Assembly (NCBI GenBank): GCA_015065285.1
Contig: SVQP01000004.1
Span: 18,849-82,848 of the forward strand
Direction: 5' to 3'
DNA from: Oscillospiraceae bacterium
GTDB lineage: Bacteria; Bacillota; Clostridia; Oscillospirales; CAG-272
DNA: 64,000 nucleotides
Numbering within the stretch: the first letter of the stretch is position 1; the number at the start of each line of letters is the position of its first letter. This document shows, in pieces, positions 51,049-59,520 of this stretch. The position numbers and the translations under genes are program-made. The notes below the pieces were generated by a model. The model worked only from the letters and a program-made list of their open reading frames with translations. It was not told where the DNA came from and searched no databases.

Positions 51049-52500
51049 ATGATGGAAAACAAGCTTTATCCGGGACTGCAGCCCGCTCCTTCGCAGATTG
51101 AACCCCAGACCATGTGCGGCATGTTCGATAACCCCTTGGCACGCCCCGATTTTATTGATCTGCGCCCCTATCTTGACGACAAAACCGTGCAAAAGAACCC
51201 CCACAAGGGCTGGTTCTGGCACTACATTGACAACGGCTACGGCAGAGACAACTACCGCCACCCCCGACATGCCGATCCTCTGGACGATCTTTCCGATTTT
51301 CCCGGGCTCAACCACCTCTATCTGCGCTTTGACTGGGGCGATATTGAGAAGCAAGAAGGCGTTTACGATTTTTCGTATCTTGACGAGATCATGGCACTGT
51401 GGGGTCCGCGTGGCTACACCTTCTCCTTGCGCGTTTGCTCCTACGAGGGCGACCCTAATCTGAGCTATGCGACACCCGCATACGTCTACCAAAAGGGCGC
51501 ACGCGGCTACAGACTGCCCTCAGGGGCACTGCAGCCCGATTACGGTGATCCCATCTTTCTTGCATGCCTTGAAAAATTCATGCAGGTGTTCGGTGCGCGC
51601 TACAACGGTGACCCAAGGATCGAGTGCATTGACGTGGGCACCATGGGCACTTGGGGCGAGGGACACACGGCAGGCGACGGTGACGGTGTGATCTACCCGA
51701 CCCGGGTGACCAAAAAGCACTTTGATTTGCACGCCAAATACTTCCCCGACACGCCCGTGCTGTGCAACGACGACCACATGTGCTCCCGTATTGCGCACGG
51801 TCAGGACGAGGTACAGGAAATTTTAGACTACGCATACGAGCGCGGCTTTGGCATTCAGGACGACTCGGTTTGCTGCAACTACTACACGCAGGTCAACGAT
51901 TACGACACGCTGCGCGCCCCTTGGGCATTTGACAAGCTGGCTGCAAACGCGCCCGCTGCCATTGAAATGGAGCACTACGGCTACGTGCACAGCCACAACG
52001 ACCACTTCCGCAACGGTCTGACCGCCATGGAAGCCTTCAAGCGCACCCACGCCACCTTTGCAGGCTTCCACGGTTATCCCCGCACCTGGCTGAACAATGA
52101 ATACTACCTGACCGAATACTGTGCCAACCGCCTGGGCTACTGGTATTTCGTGACCGGTGCAACCGTGCCTGCGCTGCGCCGCTCGGCACACAATATCATT
52201 ACGCTGGACGTGCAAAACCGCGGTTGGGCGCGCGCTTACCGCAAATTTGATCTTAAGATCAGACTGCGCGACGCTGACGGACGCGAATACGTGCTTGATA
52301 CCGACGCGGACAACCGCACGTGGCTTTCGGGCAAGGCACAGACCGTGACCCTGCGCCCCGACTGCAGACGCGTACCTGCGGGAGAATACGAGCTCGCCAT
52401 TGGCATGTTTGAGGGCGAAAGAGCCATCAAGCTGGCACTCAAGCAGGAGATCTTTGACGGCAGATTCTATACGATTGCCAAGAACGTAAAGGTGTTTTGA
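51049..52500 (+). CDS. DUF4832-like putative glycoside hydrolase, paralog 2 (tandem duplicate)
   Basis: ATG at 51049 after AAAGGAGG. Colinear with paralog 1 over the full length (roughly two-thirds identity by eye). Confidence 0.65.
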   Translation: MMENKLYPGLQPAPSQIEPQTMCGMFDNPLARPDFIDLRPYLDDKTVQKNPHKGWFWHYIDNGYGRDNYRHPRHADPLDDLSDFPGLNHLYLRFDWGDIEKQEGVYDFSYLDEIMALWGPRGYTFSLRVCSYEGDPNLSYATPAYVYQKGARGYRLPSGALQPDYGDPIFLACLEKFMQVFGARYNGDPRIECIDVGTMGTWGEGHTAGDGDGVIYPTRVTKKHFDLHAKYFPDTPVLCNDDHMCSRIAHGQDEVQEILDYAYERGFGIQDDSVCCNYYTQVNDYDTLRAPWAFDKLAANAPAAIEMEHYGYVHSHNDHFRNGLTAMEAFKRTHATFAGFHGYPRTWLNNEYYLTEYCANRLGYWYFVTGATVPALRRSAHNIITLDVQNRGWARAYRKFDLKIRLRDADGREYVLDTDADNRTWLSGKAQTVTLRPDCRRVPAGEYELAIGMFEGERAIKLALKQEIFDGRFYTIAKNVKVF

Positions 52501-52507
52501 CGTTTTC

Positions 52508-52572
52508 GGGAGGGGGGACCCCTCCCCTGCGGGTTATGATTCAAATAGCGAAAGGGGTGACCCCTCCCCTAC
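52508..52572 (-). repeat. composite REP-like element
   Basis: TTTTCG-GGGAGGGG-GGA-CCCCTCCC-CTGC (52503-52530) and GGGG-TGA-CCCC-TCCC-CTAC (52554-52572). The outer GGGAGGGG and CCCCTCCC can also pair with each other. Confidence 0.55.
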
Positions 52573-52665
52573 AATTTTTTCCAAAGCCATTACAGTTTTC
52601 CAAAATTTTGTTGACTTATATAGTGAAGGCCCTTCACAAACAATCTGTGAAAAAGGAGGTGTGTT

Positions 52666-53247
52666 ATGAAGCATTCCGGCAACACTCATCTTTCCGATGA
52701 GGAAATCATTGCTCTGTACGAGCAGCGCGACGAGCGTGCCATCAGAGAAACCGACGCAAAATACAGACGGCGACTGCTTAGCATTGCCCGCGGCATTGTG
52801 CACGATGCGCTTGACGCTGAGGAGTGCCTGAACGATACGTACGTGCGCACGTGGAATTCCATTCCGCCCGCACAGCCAAGCTCTCTTCAGGCTTTTCTGA
52901 TCTCGATCATGCGTCGCACTGCCATCAACCGCTACAAGGCCGCCAAAAGGCAGAAGCGCGTGCCCGCAGAGCTGGTCTCTTCCCTTTCCGATCTTGACAC
53001 AATGCTGTCTGACGGGGATGCCTTTTATTCCGAGCAGCAGGCGCGGGAGCTGGGTGAGGTGCTCAGTGACTTCGTAAACACGCTGTCCGACCGCCGTACG
53101 TATATCTTTATGAGCAGATATTACCTCTGCCGCCCCATTGCCGAAATTGCCGACAAGCTGGGCTGCAGTCAATCCACGGTCAACAAAGAAATAGCCGCCA
53201 TCAAGCAGGAGCTTTGGCAGCTTTTGGAAAGCGAGGGTTATCTATAA
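52666..53247 (+). CDS. RNA polymerase sigma-70 family (ECF-type) sigma factor
   Basis: 193 aa, paralog of 9380..9964 (ECLNDTYVRTWNSIP; IAEIADKLGCSQSTVNKEIAAIK). RBS AGGAGG. Confidence 0.85.
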   Translation: MKHSGNTHLSDEEIIALYEQRDERAIRETDAKYRRRLLSIARGIVHDALDAEECLNDTYVRTWNSIPPAQPSSLQAFLISIMRRTAINRYKAAKRQKRVPAELVSSLSDLDTMLSDGDAFYSEQQARELGEVLSDFVNTLSDRRTYIFMSRYYLCRPIAEIADKLGCSQSTVNKEIAAIKQELWQLLESEGYL

Positions 53248-55463
53248 TGATGAATAAACATTTGTTTTCGGAGGGCGTGAGCAACATTGACGTGGATGCT
53301 GTGGAACGCCTGCTCCAAATAGAAAAGGACTTGGAGAAAAAGCGCGCGCGTCGCAAATTCGCATGGATCAAGCCGGTACTCATAGCCGCAGCCCTTGCCC
53401 TTTTGCTGTGTGCGGTGCTTGTGATCATCCCCTTTATCCCCAAGGATCTGAAACTGGATTATCAAAGTCTGCCCGAGGGCAGTGACGTTGCCTACGACCG
53501 CGGCAACGCATGGATCTATTATGCAAGCGCGGACGGTGAGATCGAGCAGGAATACGTAACCCTGCCGCTTTGCGAGCAGAACGTGTTTCTTTCCTGGAAG
53601 CATCTGAGCGGTGTGGACGATGCGGTACAAATGATGGACTGCAAGATTGAAGCAGACCACTCGGTCAGCGCGCAGCCCGTGCCCCAAACACTCTGGGAGC
53701 ACCTTTCTCAGGCATTTTCGCAAAGTGCCGAGCAAAAGACCATGACCGTGACGCTCTCGGCACAAATCACCTCCCAGCCAAACTACCAAGCGCTGATTGA
53801 ATCCTTGCAAAAAACGCTTGCCAAATACGCAGGGATTTCCCCCGAGCAGGTCAGAATCCTGATCGACGGTGAGCAGGTTGTCGTTGTGGGCACTCTGCAA
53901 TTTTCGCACAACCTGCAAGGACCCGATCCGATCTACGTCATTGCAGGCAAGGATCTGGAGATCACGGTCACCATGACCAATATCTCCGACAAAGAGATTG
54001 AATACTTCGGCTCCCTGGGCGCATTCGTGCCGGATGCCATGCTGACCATGGGCGAGACTGTCCAAGACGTCCAAGTCATCTATCACGAGCCCATTGCCGT
54101 TACCGAGGAATATGCGCGATACGTGCTTGCCCCCGGACAAAGCCGCGAGATCACGTATACCTTCAAGATCCCCGAACAGGCTGCTGCCGGTGCATACGAT
54201 CTGTTCGTAAGCTTTGGCGACCAATCCTTCACCTTTGAAAACGCAGTGAACGTCATGTACTTCAGCATGCCTGCCATAGGCAGTCTCTCTTCGGGTTATT
54301 TGGACTTTTTGCAGGAATACGGCTTGCACGTCACCGATCCCGCTGCTTTCAAATCCGCCGTGCAACAGCTTTCCTACAACGGTGTTGGACTGTTTGAGCT
54401 GATGAATGAGGCAGAGGTGGATTGGCTGCCCTGCTACAGCGGAGAGATATATGATTCCGAGCACTTCAGATTCGTATATTCCGAGTTTTCTCCGGACGGC
54501 AGGAATAAGAGCCAGACAACGCTCTTTGAGGCAACCGTATTGCCCGACGGCATGACCCTTCCCTTTGGCATTTCCACCGAGAAAGGCTTGGTAGATGCAC
54601 TGACAAAGCTTAATATGAGCGAGAAGGATGCCAAGTACGCGCTGGAGAAAAGAACGACTATGCTGCTTTCCGACAGCGTACTTTCAAGCAATTTTACCGT
54701 CACCGTCTCCTTTGATTCTGCATATACCGAAATTGCTTACGAGGATGGACCTTACATTGTGCTGATCCGCTTTGACGAGAACGGAGAAGCCTTTAAGCTT
54801 TTGCAGATCTGCACCAAGAACGCCCCTGTCGCTCCGGGCACTCGGATCTTCTTTACAAGCTTTAGTAACGCAGAGTTTGAATATGAGTTCTCCGCACAGC
54901 AATGCGATCAATTCCTTTCGGTGCTTGAGCGCGCGGAAAAAATCCCGGATGTGGCGAATCTTGTATGTGACAGCACCGGCGTTTTCAACGGGTTCCCCTT
55001 TGATTACGATTCGAACAGCGGCACGCTGATCATGAATGGCGTGACGTACACGCTGACCGAGCAGGATCGCGAATGGATCTATCTTGCGCTCAAAGTCGGG
55101 GACAAAGTCGGGGAAAACGTATATTACTATTTTGATCCGGACGCGACGATTGAGATCGATTCCCCCTACGATGACGTTGACCACTTTGCTACGTTGAGCG
55201 GTGCTGACAGAGACCGGATCGTGGCAATTCTCAACGGTGGAAACTGGAATGATGAAGAAGTGGAGTTCCCGTTCAATTGTTCTATCATCGTGACCGGCAG
55301 CCACCCATTCTCCCCGGAAATCATCATGCGGCAAGAGCTTCAATACATCCCCGAAACAGGTATCTTCCTGTATGACGGACATTACCTGTACCTTTCCTAT
55401 ACGGACATGAACACCGTTGAGGAAATCCTTGCCGGCTACGCCGTGCAATTACCCGAGGATTAA
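53247..55463 (+). CDS. single-pass membrane protein, putative anti-sigma partner with a ~690-aa extracytoplasmic region
   Basis: TAATG overlap with the sigma gene. Short cytoplasmic N-terminus (MMNKHLFSEGVSNIDVDAVERLL), a basic stretch, then one TM (VLIAAALALLLCAVLVIIPFI). Confidence 0.55.
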   Translation: MMNKHLFSEGVSNIDVDAVERLLQIEKDLEKKRARRKFAWIKPVLIAAALALLLCAVLVIIPFIPKDLKLDYQSLPEGSDVAYDRGNAWIYYASADGEIEQEYVTLPLCEQNVFLSWKHLSGVDDAVQMMDCKIEADHSVSAQPVPQTLWEHLSQAFSQSAEQKTMTVTLSAQITSQPNYQALIESLQKTLAKYAGISPEQVRILIDGEQVVVVGTLQFSHNLQGPDPIYVIAGKDLEITVTMTNISDKEIEYFGSLGAFVPDAMLTMGETVQDVQVIYHEPIAVTEEYARYVLAPGQSREITYTFKIPEQAAAGAYDLFVSFGDQSFTFENAVNVMYFSMPAIGSLSSGYLDFLQEYGLHVTDPAAFKSAVQQLSYNGVGLFELMNEAEVDWLPCYSGEIYDSEHFRFVYSEFSPDGRNKSQTTLFEATVLPDGMTLPFGISTEKGLVDALTKLNMSEKDAKYALEKRTTMLLSDSVLSSNFTVTVSFDSAYTEIAYEDGPYIVLIRFDENGEAFKLLQICTKNAPVAPGTRIFFTSFSNAEFEYEFSAQQCDQFLSVLERAEKIPDVANLVCDSTGVFNGFPFDYDSNSGTLIMNGVTYTLTEQDREWIYLALKVGDKVGENVYYYFDPDATIEIDSPYDDVDHFATLSGADRDRIVAILNGGNWNDEEVEFPFNCSIIVTGSHPFSPEIIMRQELQYIPETGIFLYDGHYLYLSYTDMNTVEEILAGYAVQLPED

Positions 55464-55465
55464 AT

Positions 55466-55503
55466 AAAGAAAAACCGCCCTAAGAGGGCGGTTTTTCTTT
55501 ATT
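55466..55503. terminator. rho-independent terminator
   Basis: AAAGAAAAACCGCCC-TAAGA-GGGCGGTTTTTCTTT between convergent genes. Confidence 0.75.
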
Positions 55504-55520
55504 TAGCATATTTTCGGAAC

Positions 55521-55546
55521 GGACCGTCGGGGACGCCGGTCCCTAC
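55521..55546 (-). repeat. REP-like element (hairpin + CTAC)
   Basis: GGACCGTC-GGG-GACG(C)CGGTCC followed by CTAC. Preceded by TTTTCGG, as at 52503. Confidence 0.6.
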
Positions 55547-55559
55547 AATACACGTTAAA

Positions 55560-57026
55560 TTAATCATCAATATCCAAATGCTCCAGCGCACTCTTTTTGG
55601 GTGCGGGCTTGGCATCACCGTGCTTGACAAAGAACATGGTGATAAACGAGAATACGACAAATACTGCTCCGAACAGGAAGAACACGTGTCTCATACCGAT
55701 CAGGTCATACAGCACGCCGGACACGATGGGAGCCACGATCTGCGCTGCCATGGATGCCGTGTAATAATAACCCGTGTACTTGCCTACGTCACCGCCGCGC
55801 GCCAGCTCAACCACCATGGGGAACGAGTTGACGTTGATGGTTGCCCAGCCAATGCCTGCCAGCGAGAAAATGGGGAACATGATCCACGCAGGCGTGGTGG
55901 GCTGGATAAAGTGACCGATCGCAAACGCAGTTGCCAGCATGACAACGCCTGCCAAAATGGTCTTTCTTCTGCCCAGCTTGGACGAAATGATACCAACGGG
56001 AATATAAGCCACGATAGCTGCCGCCTGCGCTACGATCAGCGTCAGGTTATAGTCAAAGCCGAGAATGTTGGTTGCATATACCGAATACTTACTGGTAATC
56101 GAGTTATAACCGATATACCACAGCGCAACAGATGCAAGGATGAGCAAAAGCGAGATCATCTCGGGCTTGGAAAGCTTGCGCTTATTCTCCGAGCTCTCCT
56201 CGGGCGCCTCTTCAAGACCCAGACGGATCGAATCCGCCTCCATCTCTGCAGCCCACTTGGGCTCGCGCACGGTCAGCAAGAATACGATCAAGCCGACCAG
56301 CATGACGGATACCACGGCTACGACGTACCAGGTATACTGCATGTAATGGTTCTTGGCAGTTGCGAACAGCGCGCCCAGACCCAGCACGATGATACCGCCT
56401 GCGGTACCGGTCAGGTTAATAATGGCGTTTGCCTTGGAGCGCAGAGGCTTGACGGTCACGTCAGGCATGAGCGCCACGGCGGGAGAGCGGAAGGTTGCCA
56501 TTGCCACCAGCACAACCAGCAGCGTTGCAATAAATCCTACGAAGGGCAAGGGATTTGCCAGCGTGATCTCCAGCGTTTTTTGCGAGATCTCGGCAGCCGC
56601 CTGCTCGATCTGAGCGCTGAGCGCCTCAATCACCGCAGGGTCCTTGGTTCCCTTGAGCGTTTCCTCCAGCAGCACCTTGGCTGCATCCAGATCGGGAATA
56701 TCGGTTACGATCACGCTTGCCAGCTGCCAGTTATCCACCAGCGTCAAGCCAACGAATGCCACCACGGCAACAAGCGTGCCGACCAGAATAAAGGGCGTGC
56801 GCTTACCGATCTTGGTGCTGACCTTATCCGAAAGTGCACCGAATATGGGCAGCATAAACACAGCAAGCACGTTGTCGATCGACATGACCGCGCCGGATAC
56901 CGACTGCGGCAGACCAAAGTGGTTGGTCAGGATCAGCGGCACGATCGCATCATACGCCTGCCAGAAGGCGCTGATGAGAAAGAACGCCATGCCTACCAGC
57001 ACCACGCGTTTGTAATTCAACTTCAT
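55560..57026 (-). CDS. MFS transporter (SLC45/GPH-like), paralog of 24722..26275
   Basis: 488 aa. MKLNYKRVVLVGMAFFLISAFWQAYDAIVPLIL...LPIFGALSDK is colinear with the other copy, including MPDVTVKPLRS and GKYTG(F/Y)YYTASM. Confidence 0.85.
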   Translation of the reverse strand: MKLNYKRVVLVGMAFFLISAFWQAYDAIVPLILTNHFGLPQSVSGAVMSIDNVLAVFMLPIFGALSDKVSTKIGKRTPFILVGTLVAVVAFVGLTLVDNWQLASVIVTDIPDLDAAKVLLEETLKGTKDPAVIEALSAQIEQAAAEISQKTLEITLANPLPFVGFIATLLVVLVAMATFRSPAVALMPDVTVKPLRSKANAIINLTGTAGGIIVLGLGALFATAKNHYMQYTWYVVAVVSVMLVGLIVFLLTVREPKWAAEMEADSIRLGLEEAPEESSENKRKLSKPEMISLLLILASVALWYIGYNSITSKYSVYATNILGFDYNLTLIVAQAAAIVAYIPVGIISSKLGRRKTILAGVVMLATAFAIGHFIQPTTPAWIMFPIFSLAGIGWATINVNSFPMVVELARGGDVGKYTGYYYTASMAAQIVAPIVSGVLYDLIGMRHVFFLFGAVFVVFSFITMFFVKHGDAKPAPKKSALEHLDIDD

Positions 57027-57122
57027 AACAAATTCCTTTCAAGTCATATTGGGGCTTGTATCTTTTGTTAGTGTACCATTTTTTTGCCAAAAATGCAAGA
57101 CAAACGGCAAAAATTTAAGGTA

Positions 57123-59372
57123 TTAATCCAAAAGGGGCGGGCAAAGATAAACGTCCGAGACAAAATCGGTGTGATGCTCGTCCAGCAGCATGACCCAAAC
57201 AATCAGCTCGCGATCCAGCATATCCTCGGTAACGGGGATATAGTAGGTATAGTGATGATCCATGAGAATAACGCGCGACTCCCATACGTTACCGGGGTAG
57301 GTGGGTGCGCGCTCTGGTGCACCGATGGCGCGCTGTCCCATTTCCACAGCGGCATAAGCACCCTCAACGCCGTGCTCGCCCTCCAAGGCAACCGACAAAT
57401 AAGAGCCGGGCACCCAATTGGCGCGATCCACCTTGATCGTGACCTTCTGCGCAGCCTTAACGGGTCTTTGCTGCGTGGAGGGCATGAGGTTATTGGCACG
57501 GGGAGAGCCCAGCTGCAGCTCCTTGCCATCCTTGTAAAGCGAGATGCGGCTGATACGATCCATGGGCACGGGCACGCGCACGTAGCGCAAAGCGCCCACG
57601 TCAAAGGACAAGGTACATCTGCTTCCATGGCTTTGGTACAGATTGTGCACGTTATGGCGCACCACCTGCACCGTCTGCTCACCGATCTTGGCAAACGTTC
57701 CCTTCCCTGCATCCTGCCAAGCAAGCAGATCGCAGGAATAATCCATATACTCGGGGATGATCTGCGCGGGAGACTCCTCGGTGGGCTCGTCCGGGCTGAA
57801 GAATTCAAATTCAATGCGATCGGCATCCATCACCTGACCAAAATCCACGCGCAGGCATCCACCGTCGATTCGTGTGCCGGTACCCCACAGAAAGCGCGAA
57901 ACACCGTCAAAATAGGTATCGGGATTGCCGTCGAAGGCATAAGCGTTGTCACAACCGCGCTGAATGTAGGTCTTTTGCGCAAAGAAGGCATCTCGCGCAG
58001 CCTTGACCTGGGGGATGCTCGTCTTTCCTGCACGCTTGGCGCAGCGGCGCTCAAGAGAGTCGTTATCCATGGCAAACAGCGTTGCCTCAACAATTTTTTC
58101 TGCATGTGCGGGTACTGCCACAGCTTGCGTTGTACCCAGCTTTTTGATGCTCGGCAGAGGCTTGATCAGCTCGTAGCGGTCTTTTCCGATGACGCGGTGA
58201 GGCTGATCGGTCAGCAGCACGGGCGCTGCACTGCTCTCGCAGATCTCCAGCAGCACGGCACGGAAGGGCTCAACCGTAATTTTCACGGTCTGTCCGTATG
58301 CAAACGTGCCAACCTTATACGTTGCGGGATGGTGCGAGATGACCGTGACGCTCTCGCAGGGCGCAAGACCGATCTCCTTGCCAAGCAGGATCTCAAATTC
58401 CCGTGCCTCCCAGCAGGGGTTACCAAAGCTGAGCACGCGCGTTTGCGCGTTGCCGCGGCTGACCGCATTCTTGCCGTATCTTTGCTCGGGCAGCAGCATG
58501 CCATCCACCAGAATATCATTGAGTCTTGCATGCAGCGTATACATATGCGCAAGTCTGGGCTGCTCCTTATCACACAGCAGCCAAGGATTGCCATAGATCT
58601 CGGGCGCAAGGATCAGGTTGCGGTTAAACGCCTGATAGACCAGATCGTCCTCAAAGCGGTCCATGCAGGAGGACAGGCACACACCGTGATCCTCGGTCAG
58701 GCGGCGCAATCCATCCGTTTCACCGCGCGAGAAGATAAAGGCGCGGTTGTGCGGTGCTGTGCAGGTATTATAGGAAAAGATGTCCACGTATGTCTCCGCT
58801 CCCTGCCACAAAAAGGTGGTGGCATACTTCTCCCCCTCGCCAAGCTCGAGGCGATGGTTGAGCAGCACCAGATCGGGAGAATACTTGCGGCACTCCGCTT
58901 GCACCTGGCAAAAGCGTCTGCGCGTATCCTCGCGCAGCGTGCCGCACACGCCGTCCATCTTGAACAGCGCAAAATGATAATCGCGGCAAAGAGAGACCAG
59001 CAGCTCATGCCTTGCCTTGGCGCTTTCCTCGTCCTCACCGTAGCCGTCCGGACCCATCCAGACGCCCATGCGCGCACCGATCTCGGCAGCTGCCTTGACC
59101 ACGGGCGCATATCCGTTGGGATACTGGCGCGAAAGCTTAGGACCGTCCAGCGTCTCGTACGTGCCCTGCGCACCGTCCAGATTTCCCGCATCCCATGCGT
59201 ATATATCCAGCTGCATGCCAAAGGTATCACGCATCCAGCGGAAATACTCCAGATTGATCAGCGTTTGCTGCTCGGTAGAGCCCTCGTTGGTATTGTTGAT
59301 CCAAGAAAAATATTGCGCATGCGAGGGCGTTTTTTCGTCCGCGCCCGCAGTGTACTTGGTTTTTTCGCTCAT
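57123..59372 (-). CDS. putative glycoside hydrolase (clan GH-D / alpha-galactosidase-like TIM barrel) with a C-terminal discoidin-like domain
   Basis: 749 aa, no signal peptide. HFALFKMDGV resembles the K-x-D nucleophile region of GH27/36. The C-terminal FDGNPDTYFDG...LRVDFGQVMDADRIEFEF resembles an F5/8 type C domain. Weak assignment. Confidence 0.45.
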   Translation of the reverse strand: MSEKTKYTAGADEKTPSHAQYFSWINNTNEGSTEQQTLINLEYFRWMRDTFGMQLDIYAWDAGNLDGAQGTYETLDGPKLSRQYPNGYAPVVKAAAEIGARMGVWMGPDGYGEDEESAKARHELLVSLCRDYHFALFKMDGVCGTLREDTRRRFCQVQAECRKYSPDLVLLNHRLELGEGEKYATTFLWQGAETYVDIFSYNTCTAPHNRAFIFSRGETDGLRRLTEDHGVCLSSCMDRFEDDLVYQAFNRNLILAPEIYGNPWLLCDKEQPRLAHMYTLHARLNDILVDGMLLPEQRYGKNAVSRGNAQTRVLSFGNPCWEAREFEILLGKEIGLAPCESVTVISHHPATYKVGTFAYGQTVKITVEPFRAVLLEICESSAAPVLLTDQPHRVIGKDRYELIKPLPSIKKLGTTQAVAVPAHAEKIVEATLFAMDNDSLERRCAKRAGKTSIPQVKAARDAFFAQKTYIQRGCDNAYAFDGNPDTYFDGVSRFLWGTGTRIDGGCLRVDFGQVMDADRIEFEFFSPDEPTEESPAQIIPEYMDYSCDLLAWQDAGKGTFAKIGEQTVQVVRHNVHNLYQSHGSRCTLSFDVGALRYVRVPVPMDRISRISLYKDGKELQLGSPRANNLMPSTQQRPVKAAQKVTIKVDRANWVPGSYLSVALEGEHGVEGAYAAVEMGQRAIGAPERAPTYPGNVWESRVILMDHHYTYYIPVTEDMLDRELIVWVMLLDEHHTDFVSDVYLCPPLLD

Positions 59373-59520
59373 GTCTTTTCCTCCTTTGGAGATATCTGTT
59401 TATATCATACCATGCCACGGGCATTTCGTCAAGAATCTGCATCCAATCATTTCCGCTTGCTTGACATTTTCCGCGTTTGGGTGTACAATGGGATCAATAC
59501 AATAAAAAGGAGGCTTTGAT

